From Balneolales bacterium (GTDB lineage Bacteria > Bacteroidota > Rhodothermia > Balneolales > HLUCCA01), in NCBI GenBank assembly GCA_041749075.1, contig JBGTBY010000031.1:148342-212341 (forward strand): a stretch of 64,000 nt of DNA, read 5' to 3'. Below are positions 57,232 to 64,000 of this stretch, piece by piece. Each line of letters starts with the position of its first letter. The stretch's first letter is position 1. The notes under the pieces were generated by a model. The model ran no database searches. It was not told the DNA's origin and saw only the letters and a program-made list of their open reading frames with translations. The position numbers were made by a program, and so were the translations under genes.

Positions 57232-57274
57232 AAAGTCGCTTGGCGTTTTCTAACTTCAAGAAAAAATTGACGCC

Positions 57275-58585
57275 ATGAAGCCCATTCTCCTTCTTTTTCT
57301 GACTCTTTTTTCGGTCGAGACCTTACAATCGCAGATTCTGAGCCTCCGCGACCAAGCCGCGTGGCGCGATTCCATCCTCGAAAAACGACTGACCTTGTTG
57401 TTGCCCGATCTGATGGAGCGCGCATCGATCGATGTATGGGTGATCATCGGAGCCGAGTACAATGAGGATCCCGTTCTGAAAACAATGCTTCCGGCCACAT
57501 GGCTCAATGCCAGAAGAACCACGATGTTGGTGATTGCGAAAAACCGCGTGACTGGCGCCATCGACCGCCTCGCTGTGGCGCGATATGATGTTGGTAGAAG
57601 TTTCAAGTCCGCTTGGAACCCCGATACCCATCCCGATCAATTCAAGCGACTGGCCGAACTTATATCCAGTTACCAGCCCGAGCGCATCGGCATCAATACG
57701 TCGCTTCATTTCGATCATGCGAATGGAATCACATTTACCGAGCATGCCCGAATGATGTCGGCCTTGCCCGAAGCCCTGCGTCGAAAAGTGGTCAGCGCAG
57801 AGGCCTTGGCTGTCGGATGGCTCGAAACTCGGATACCGGATGAACTCACGATGTATGCCCATATCAACGAAACGGCTCATGCCATTTTGGAACGGGCGCT
57901 ATCGAATGAAGTCGTGATTCCAGATTCCACCACCACCACCGAGGTGCAATGGTGGCTTCGCGAAACGGTACGCTCGATGGGGCTGGATGTGTGGTTCCAC
58001 CCAAGTGTAAGCGTGCAGCGTGGCGAGGCTCCGGAGCACGCGGGCGATTTCTCAGCGAAGCCGGGGGAAGAGGTGATCCGCCGCGGAGATCTGATGCATA
58101 TCGATTTCGGTATCACGTATTTGGGTCTGAACACCGACACGCAACGTATGGCCTATGTTCTCAAAGATGGAGAGTCGGAAATCCCAGCCGGATTGGTGGC
58201 GGCATTCAAGAAAGGGAACCGGTTGCAGGACATCCTGACGGGGAATTTCGTGACGGGTCGGCCAGGAAATGAGGTGTTGAAGCGCTCACGCGATCAAGCC
58301 ATCGCCGAAGGGCTGAGGCCTAGCATCTACACTCATCCCATTGGATTTCATGGTCATGCAGCCGGAGCCACCATCGGCATGTGGGATGCCCAAGGCGGCG
58401 TACCAGGCGATGGCGATTATCCCGTTTACCCGAATGCGTGTTGGAGCATCGAGCTGAACGTGACGGAGCAGATCGCCGAATGGGGGAAGGATGTGAGAAT
58501 CATGCTCGAGGAAGATGCGTGTTTTGATGGAAGAACGGTACGCTACATCGCGGGGCGGCAGGAATCTATATACATCATTCGGTGA
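57275..58585 (+). CDS. M24-family metallopeptidase (Xaa-Pro aminopeptidase-like) with signal peptide
   Basis: MKPILLLFLTLFSVETLQSQ signal. GDLMHIDFGITYLGLNTDTQR and HPIGFHGHAAG. Confidence 0.75.
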   Translation: MKPILLLFLTLFSVETLQSQILSLRDQAAWRDSILEKRLTLLLPDLMERASIDVWVIIGAEYNEDPVLKTMLPATWLNARRTTMLVIAKNRVTGAIDRLAVARYDVGRSFKSAWNPDTHPDQFKRLAELISSYQPERIGINTSLHFDHANGITFTEHARMMSALPEALRRKVVSAEALAVGWLETRIPDELTMYAHINETAHAILERALSNEVVIPDSTTTTEVQWWLRETVRSMGLDVWFHPSVSVQRGEAPEHAGDFSAKPGEEVIRRGDLMHIDFGITYLGLNTDTQRMAYVLKDGESEIPAGLVAAFKKGNRLQDILTGNFVTGRPGNEVLKRSRDQAIAEGLRPSIYTHPIGFHGHAAGATIGMWDAQGGVPGDGDYPVYPNACWSIELNVTEQIAEWGKDVRIMLEEDACFDGRTVRYIAGRQESIYIIR

Positions 58586-58616
58586 AGGTCTCGACGCCCT
58601 CGGCCACTCCCGTTCA

Positions 58617-58711
58617 TAAAGACAGATCGAGTTTTGCGGCGCTTCGATTAACCCACCCCCTGCCCCTCCCTACTCGTCAACGCTTCGCGTTTCCTCGCAA
58701 GGAGGGGTGAT
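58617..58711. repeat. ~95-bp imperfect inverted repeat, left arm (flanks the DUF559 gene)
   Basis: Perfect cores: acccaccccctgcccctccct (58651-58671) pairs with 59176-59196, and tcgcaaggaggggtgat (58695-58711) pairs with 59136-59152. Outer taaagaca pairs with tgtcttta. Confidence 0.85.
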
Positions 58712-58766
58712 TAACTTTAGGAACGATTCTTTTTGCTTGGGTCGTAGCGAAGCTTGAGATTTCCCT

Positions 58767-59162
58767 ATGGGAAACACGAATCGCAAATGGCGTTTTGCCA
58801 GGGAACTTCGCAGAAACATGACGCCTCATGAAAGGCGGTTATGGCAACATCTGCGCAAAGGGCGGATAGAGGATTATCGCTTTCTACGACAATATGTGGT
58901 CTCTTTTGAGGAAAGAACCGACGGGGCTTGGTTCTTCATATTGGACTTTTACTGCCCGGAAGTCCGCCTCGGAATCGAATTGGATGGGAAATATCACCGC
59001 TTTCAGCTAGAGTATGATAATTGGCGAGATGCCCTCATCCGCTCGAAAAATATCCGAATACTTCGATTCGAGAATTCCGAGCTACTAAATCTGGAACACG
59101 TTATTTCTCAAATCTCTGCGTCATTAAATGAGCAGATCACCCCTCCTTGCGAGCCCGAGTGA
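58767..59162 (+). CDS. DUF559 (Vsr-like endonuclease fold) domain protein
   Basis: RELRRNMTPHERRLWQHLRKGRIEDYRFLRQY...DFYCPEVRLGIELDGKYH. Confidence 0.85.
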   Translation: MGNTNRKWRFARELRRNMTPHERRLWQHLRKGRIEDYRFLRQYVVSFEERTDGAWFFILDFYCPEVRLGIELDGKYHRFQLEYDNWRDALIRSKNIRILRFENSELLNLEHVISQISASLNEQITPPCEPE

Positions 59163-59230
59163 AACGAGGGGTCGGAGGGAGGGGCAGGGGGTGGGTCCAC
59201 CGACGCGAAGCACAACTCGAAGTGTCTTTA
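59136..59230. repeat. ~95-bp imperfect inverted repeat, right arm
   Basis: Reverse complement aligns with 58617-58711. The inner 27 nt overlap the DUF559 C-terminal codons (ITPPCEPE*). Confidence 0.85.
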
Positions 59231-59234
59231 AGCC

Positions 59235-60440
59235 TTACCCTATCGCCTGTGTCACCGCCTCGGCCGCTTCTTTCAGCAGAACCGCCGACACCACGTTCAA
59301 CCCCGAATTATCAATGATGATCTTCGCTTCTTCGGCGTTGGTGCCTTGAAGACGCACGATGATCGGCACTTTCGTCACTTTGGACGCGATTTCCGGATCC
59401 TTCACCGCTTCCACAATACCATTCGCCACGCGGTCGCAGCGCACGATGCCGCCGAAGATGTTGATGAGGATGGCTTTCACGTTCGGATCGCTCAAGATGA
59501 TTTTGAAGCCGTTTTTCACGGTGTCCACATTCGCACCACCGCCCACATCGAGGAAGTTGGCCGGTTCGCCGCCAGCCAGTTTGATGATGTCCATGGTAGC
59601 CATGGCCAATCCGGCGCCGTTCACCATGCATCCCACATTTCCATCCAGCTTGATGTAGTTGAGATTGTATTTCGCGGCTTCGAGCTCGAACGGATTTTCT
59701 TCGCTCTCATCCCGCAAAGCCGCGATGGCTGGCTGACGATACAGCGCGTTTTCGTCGAAATTGATTTTCGCATCCAAAGCGAGGATGTCATTATCAGGCG
59801 TAAGTACCAGCGGGTTCACTTCGATGATGGAGGCATCCGTCGCTTCGAAGGCTTTGTACAACAATTGAATGAATTTCACGGCCTTTTTGAACGCATCGCC
59901 TTCCAATCCGAGGGCGAACGCCAAACGGCGCGCTTGGGCTGGGAACAGAGGTTGACCCGGCTCCACCCATTCTTTGATGATAAGCTCTGGCGTTTCTTCG
60001 GCCACTTTTTCGATTTCCACACCGCCTTCGGTCGAGACCATGATCACGTTCTGGGAACGGGTGCGATCGAGCAACATCCCCAGATAAAATTCTTTGGCGA
60101 TGTCGACTCCATCGGTCACATACAATCGGCTGACCAATTTTCCTTCGTCGCCGGTTTGGATGGTGACCAACACATCACCCAAGAGAGATTCTGCAGCGGC
60201 TTTCACTTCGTCCACGGAACGAGCCAAAATCACGCCTTTCGCGTTGCTTTTGACGGTGCGGCCTTTTCCGCGTCCGCCGGCATGGATTTGCGCTTTCACG
60301 ACAAACAAACTGGTTCCGTTCGCTTTCATGGCGTTGGCGGCGGCTACGGCCTCATCAACAGTGAAAACGGCGGTGCCGGCCGGGATGGCGACTCCATATT
60401 GCGCTAGGATTTCTTTGGCTTGATACTCGTGGATATTCAT
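59235..60440 (-). CDS. sucC: Succinate-CoA ligase (ADP-forming) beta subunit
   Basis: [48 protein letters not shown]. Confidence 0.97.
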   Translation of the reverse strand: MNIHEYQAKEILAQYGVAIPAGTAVFTVDEAVAAANAMKANGTSLFVVKAQIHAGGRGKGRTVKSNAKGVILARSVDEVKAAAESLLGDVLVTIQTGDEGKLVSRLYVTDGVDIAKEFYLGMLLDRTRSQNVIMVSTEGGVEIEKVAEETPELIIKEWVEPGQPLFPAQARRLAFALGLEGDAFKKAVKFIQLLYKAFEATDASIIEVNPLVLTPDNDILALDAKINFDENALYRQPAIAALRDESEENPFELEAAKYNLNYIKLDGNVGCMVNGAGLAMATMDIIKLAGGEPANFLDVGGGANVDTVKNGFKIILSDPNVKAILINIFGGIVRCDRVANGIVEAVKDPEIASKVTKVPIIVRLQGTNAEEAKIIIDNSGLNVVSAVLLKEAAEAVTQAIG

Positions 60441-60465
60441 AAGAAAGGACTAATTGGAATAAGCC

Positions 60466-61026
60466 TTAAAGGTAAGGGATTTTTACCGCATCAAGAAGGC
60501 GGTCTAGGATGGGGATGCCGTTCGCGCGAAGCCAGTCCTTATCGGCGTTTGGTTCGTGCCGCGAGCGGATGAAGAACGACTTCATCCCCAATTCAACCGC
60601 AGGTGCCAGATCACTGATCTTGTCGCCGGCCATGTATGACTTGCTGAAATCGATATTGAAGCGCTCCGCCGCTTGAAGGAAAAGTCCTGTTTCCGGTTTC
60701 CTCTCCTTCAGCAGATTCGCATCCAAGCCCTCATGGAATTTGGGATGCCATGGCGCGATGTACCAAGCGTCGACCCAGGCTCCGTGTTTTTTCAGGTCCG
60801 CATCCACCCAGGCATGAAGATCGTCGACCTGCTGGCGCGTGAACATCCCGCGAGCGATTCCGCTCTGATTCGTGATCACGATCACCTTGAATCCGTTCGT
60901 GTTCATCCATTGAATGGCTTCGATGGCGCCGTCGCACCAGGTCCATTCTTCGATGGTGTGGACATAATCGGTGTCGTGGTTCAAAGTGCCGTCACGATCC
61001 AGGAAATAGGCGATTTCCAAACTCAT
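60466..61026 (-). CDS. gmhB: D,D-heptose 1,7-bisphosphate phosphatase (HAD-IIIA)
   Basis: FLDRDGTLN (DxDxT) and VITNQSGIARG. Confidence 0.85.
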   Translation of the reverse strand: MSLEIAYFLDRDGTLNHDTDYVHTIEEWTWCDGAIEAIQWMNTNGFKVIVITNQSGIARGMFTRQQVDDLHAWVDADLKKHGAWVDAWYIAPWHPKFHEGLDANLLKERKPETGLFLQAAERFNIDFSKSYMAGDKISDLAPAVELGMKSFFIRSRHEPNADKDWLRANGIPILDRLLDAVKIPYL

Positions 61027-61063
61027 TCTCCTTAATTTGATGTATGCACAAAATATTGGAAAT

Positions 61064-62104
61064 ATGTCAAATGTGATTATCCGGGCCAGGGCGCCCCTTC
61101 GACTTGGTTTGGCCGGTGGTGGAACGGACGTATCTCCATACTGTGATATTCATGGTGGATGCATTCTGAACACCACTCTGGATCAATATGCCTATGCCGT
61201 GATCAAGCAGACAGACGAGATGAAGGCAATGACATTCTCGGCTACGGACCAACAAGTGACCGTCACGATGTCTCAGGATGATGAGATATTGCTGGATGGG
61301 ACGTTGAATTTACATAAGGCGGTGTATCGTCACATGGTGAAACATCACAACAACGGGAATCCGATTCCGATGGAATTGAGCACCTTTTGTGATGCACCCA
61401 TTGGCTCAGGACTCGGCTCTTCTTCTACCTTGGTTGTAGCGATGATCCGTGCCTTTGTGGAACTGCTGAACTTACCGATGGACGATTATCATGTCGCCTC
61501 GTTGGCCTACAAAATCGAGCGTGAAGATTGCGGGTTGCAAGGCGGTCGACAAGACCAGTACTCCGCAACCTTCGGCGGCATCAATTTCATGGAATTCTAT
61601 GCGGACAATCGGGCGGTCGTGAATTCGCTTCGCGTCAAGAACTGGATCATCAATGAGCTTGTAGCGTCCTTAGTACTGTATTTCACGGGCGTTTCCAGAG
61701 AATCGGCAACCATCATATCGGATCAAAGCGAAAACCTTCGTTCGGGATCCATTCAAGCCATGGATGCGATGCATGGATTGAAACAGGAAGCGTTGACTAT
61801 GAAAGAATGTCTATTGAGAGGCGATTTTGATGGATTTGTGGAATCGATGAAAATCGGATGGGAGAACAAAAAGCGGTCGGCTAAAACCGTGTCCAATCCA
61901 CATATCGATGAGATTCATGATGCCGCCATAAAAGCCGGTGCACTGGCAGGAAAAGTCTCGGGTGCGGGAGGTGGTGGCTTCATGCTGTTTTTTGTGCCGA
62001 ATGAGCGTCGTATGGACGTAATCCGGACCTTGGAGCGATATCACGGACAAGTGCGGAATTGTCATTTCACCAAACATGGAGCCCAATCGTGGCAAATTCG
62101 ATGA
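61064..62104 (+). CDS. hddA: GHMP-family D-glycero-alpha-D-manno-heptose 7-phosphate kinase
   Basis: RAPLRLGLAGGGTDVSPYCDIHGGCILNTT and PIGSGLGSSSTLVVAMI. Start at 61037 or 61064. Confidence 0.8.
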   Translation: MSNVIIRARAPLRLGLAGGGTDVSPYCDIHGGCILNTTLDQYAYAVIKQTDEMKAMTFSATDQQVTVTMSQDDEILLDGTLNLHKAVYRHMVKHHNNGNPIPMELSTFCDAPIGSGLGSSSTLVVAMIRAFVELLNLPMDDYHVASLAYKIEREDCGLQGGRQDQYSATFGGINFMEFYADNRAVVNSLRVKNWIINELVASLVLYFTGVSRESATIISDQSENLRSGSIQAMDAMHGLKQEALTMKECLLRGDFDGFVESMKIGWENKKRSAKTVSNPHIDEIHDAAIKAGALAGKVSGAGGGGFMLFFVPNERRMDVIRTLERYHGQVRNCHFTKHGAQSWQIR

Positions 62105-62685
62105 CGTACAACAGTCGGGATGAATTGAAGAAATCCGTGAATGTGATTCAATCCATTCTGGCGGATGAAGCCTTGATCACTCGTATCGATGCCGCCGCGG
62201 AAGCAACCATACAATCATTGAACAATGGTGGCAAGGTTCTATTGGCAGGAAATGGCGGAAGTGCGGCCGATGCGCAACACATCGCTGGTGAATTGGTGAG
62301 CCGATTCCTGTTTGATCGCCCCGGATTACCTGCGATCGCATTGACCACCGATACCTCCATCCTCACCGCCATTGGAAACGATTATGGGTATGAGCGCTTG
62401 TTCGCCCGTCAGATCCAAGCCTTAGGTCGCGAAGGGGATGTGTTCATCGCGTATTCCACATCCGGCTCATCACCCAATATCTTGGCAGCGCTCGATGAAG
62501 CCCGATCCAGAGGCATCCTCACTATCGGATTAACCGGAAACCGGCAAAGCCCGATGCGCGATCGTTGCGATATCCTGTTGGATGTGCCCTCATCCGAAAC
62601 CCCCAAAATTCAAGAAGGACATCTTGTGATTGGTCATATCCTCTGTGGTTTGGTAGAGCAGTCCATTTTTGGAAAGGATGCCTGA
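62101..62685 (+). CDS. gmhA: Phosphoheptose isomerase (SIS domain)
   Basis: Start moved to MTYNSRDELKK, which overlaps the hddA stop. GNGGSAADAQHIAGELV and AYSTSGSSPNI. Confidence 0.9.
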   Translation: MTYNSRDELKKSVNVIQSILADEALITRIDAAAEATIQSLNNGGKVLLAGNGGSAADAQHIAGELVSRFLFDRPGLPAIALTTDTSILTAIGNDYGYERLFARQIQALGREGDVFIAYSTSGSSPNILAALDEARSRGILTIGLTGNRQSPMRDRCDILLDVPSSETPKIQEGHLVIGHILCGLVEQSIFGKDA

Positions 62686-63377
62686 TGGAAGCCATCGTGC
62701 TGGCCGGTGGATTCGGAACTCGCTTGCGCTCGGTTGTATCGGATGTTCCGAAACCGATGGCTCCTGTAGCTGGTCGCCCATTTCTTGAAATCCTACTTCA
62801 AACTCTCGCTTCTAAGGGTGTCCATCGCACCGTATTGTCGCTAGGATATCTATCAGAAGTGATTTCCAATCATTTCGGGACAGAATTCAGTGGCATGACG
62901 ATCGATTATGTGGTTGAATCATCACCTTTAGGTACGGGCGGCGCTATCCGCCTGGCCATGGATGCGTGCGAACAAGATGCCGTGTTCGCATTCAATGGAG
63001 ATACTTTTTTGGATGTGGATTTGGCGGATGTGTATTCCAAATGGCGCGCCACGGGTTTACCTGTCGTCGTCGCGAAAAACGTACCCGACACAGCACGTTA
63101 TGGCGGGATTGAGATGACCGATGGATTGTTATCGAGATTCATCGAAAAAGGTCGAACCGGACCCGGCCTGATCAATGTCGGTTGCTATATGCTTGGTCGA
63201 CACCAACTCGATCATTTTCCAATCGGAACTCCATTTTCCATCGAATTGGATTTTCTGACACCTGAATCCGCAAAGTCTAAAGTCGCGGTTGCGGTCACAG
63301 ACGGATTGTTCATCGATATCGGCGTGCCAGAAGATTATGCCTTAGCACAAACCCTGCTCGCAAATAAAGGGAGTTGA
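62685..63377 (+). CDS. hddC: D-glycero-alpha-D-manno-heptose 1-phosphate guanylyltransferase
   Basis: Start moved to MEAIVLAGGFGTRLRSVVSDVPKPMAPVAGRPFLE (TGATG junction with gmhA). Confidence 0.8.
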   Translation: MEAIVLAGGFGTRLRSVVSDVPKPMAPVAGRPFLEILLQTLASKGVHRTVLSLGYLSEVISNHFGTEFSGMTIDYVVESSPLGTGGAIRLAMDACEQDAVFAFNGDTFLDVDLADVYSKWRATGLPVVVAKNVPDTARYGGIEMTDGLLSRFIEKGRTGPGLINVGCYMLGRHQLDHFPIGTPFSIELDFLTPESAKSKVAVAVTDGLFIDIGVPEDYALAQTLLANKGS

Positions 63378-63393
63378 CGCCATCTTTGCTATC

Positions 63394-63948
63394 TTGTGCA
63401 CGAACATGGCTTCCAAGCAACTCCTCCTCACCGCTTCCGACCTCGACCGTACGTTCCGGCGGTTCGCCCACCAATTCATCGAGCCTTACGACGATCTTTC
63501 CCGCTTCGCAATCATCGGCATGCAGACCCGCGGCGTTCATATCGCCAAACGCGTTCAACATTACATCAAAGAATCGATCGGTCACGATGTACCCCTTGGC
63601 GTACTGGATGTGACCTTTTATCGCGATGACTTCCGCACGAAAATGAAGATGCCCGATGTGAAAGTCACCGAAATCCCATTTGATCTGTTCGGGATGGATG
63701 TGGTTCTGGTCGATGATGTTCTGTATACCGGGCGCACGGTTCGTGCCGCGCTCGATGCCATGATGAGCTTCGGGCGTCCCCGATCCATCCGGTTCTGCTG
63801 TCTGGTCGACCGCGGACACCGCGAGCTTCCCATTTCCGCCGATGTGGTCGGCGTCACGGTTCCCACACATCAATCCGAAGAAGTCCGAGTTTATTTGAAT
63901 GAATTGGATGGTGAAGATGCGGTCTACATCGTTGAACGAAATGACTAA
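63394..63948 (+). CDS. pyrR: Bifunctional pyr operon regulator / uracil phosphoribosyltransferase PyrR
   Basis: VVLVDDVLYTGRTVRAALDA (PRPP motif) and FYRDD. The start may be MASKQ at 63406. Confidence 0.9.
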   Translation: MCTNMASKQLLLTASDLDRTFRRFAHQFIEPYDDLSRFAIIGMQTRGVHIAKRVQHYIKESIGHDVPLGVLDVTFYRDDFRTKMKMPDVKVTEIPFDLFGMDVVLVDDVLYTGRTVRAALDAMMSFGRPRSIRFCCLVDRGHRELPISADVVGVTVPTHQSEEVRVYLNELDGEDAVYIVERND

Positions 63949-64000
63949 TTACTCCTTCAACCATCGCCATCTGCTCGGATTGGCCGATTATTCGACCGCT
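63941..64000 (+). CDS. pyrB: Aspartate carbamoyltransferase catalytic subunit, first 20 codons (runs off the window)
   Basis: Manual translation gives MTNYSFNHRHLLGLADYSTA. The ATG overlaps the pyrR stop. Position and N-terminal RHLLG pattern fit pyrB. Confidence 0.6.
   Translation, partial: MTNYSFNHRHLLGLADYSTA

Noticed and set aside
59346-60407. 353-aa + strand ORF
   Set aside because: Fully antisense to sucC, which is unambiguous. It has antisense-type composition rich in H, R, F and D.
1-64000. tRNA, rRNA, tmRNA, transposase or integrase genes
   Set aside because: None recognised in any spacer or ORF. The spacers longer than 100 nt are accounted for by the repeat elements or ordinary promoter regions. 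A tRNAscan/Infernal run would be needed to be definitive.

Overview
64-kb chromosomal window. Gene content suggests a Bacteroidota/FCB-group bacterium, possibly Balneolales- or Rhodothermales-like. This is an inference from the long-type YidC, BatC/D/E-like genes, a PorV/PorQ-like barrel, CarboxypepD_reg-type TonB-dependent receptors with DUF4249, and four-helix-bundle and DUF559 inserts. I support about 65 protein-coding genes. I saw no rRNA, tRNA, CRISPR array, transposase or integrase. Housekeeping backbone: rpmH-rnpA-yidD-yidC, secA, crcB, comM/yifB, rluF-like, proBA, trxB, yebC, bshA, sucC, a GDP-heptose set (gmhB, hddA, gmhA, hddC) and pyrR-pyrB. There are also four TonB-dependent receptors or TonB-domain proteins, blaI-blaR1, and a phosphorus-scavenging cluster (TBDR, lipoprotein-like PPase, PhoD, beta-propeller phytase). 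The unusual content lies between the genes. (1) A strand-locked family of intergenic elements ends in the exact 10-mer TGTCCGCAAG, with 13 perfect copies at 7 loci between 13.6 and 29.1 kb. All copies are on the + strand, have a conserved modular core, and fill whole intergenic spacers. I cannot assign this family to any known class. (2) Three palindrome-nested insertions: a four-helix-bundle (Avd/23S-IVS-like) gene inside word-repeat hairpins, an empty word palindrome, and a DUF559 gene inside ~95-bp inverted repeats. (3) A 2-kb segment bounded by 17-bp perfect inverted repeats carries a TIR/NDT-like protein, DUF2188 and an SGNH-like lipoprotein. (4) An AT-richer islet at 51.3-57.2 kb encodes a C39-peptidase ABC exporter, two double-glycine-leader peptides (two-peptide class II bacteriocin-like) and a putative immunity ABC system. 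Several start codons in the ORF track are too far upstream and are corrected below. Three genes absent from the track (an edge-truncated GH-like gene, rpmH, the pyrB start) were found by manual translation.
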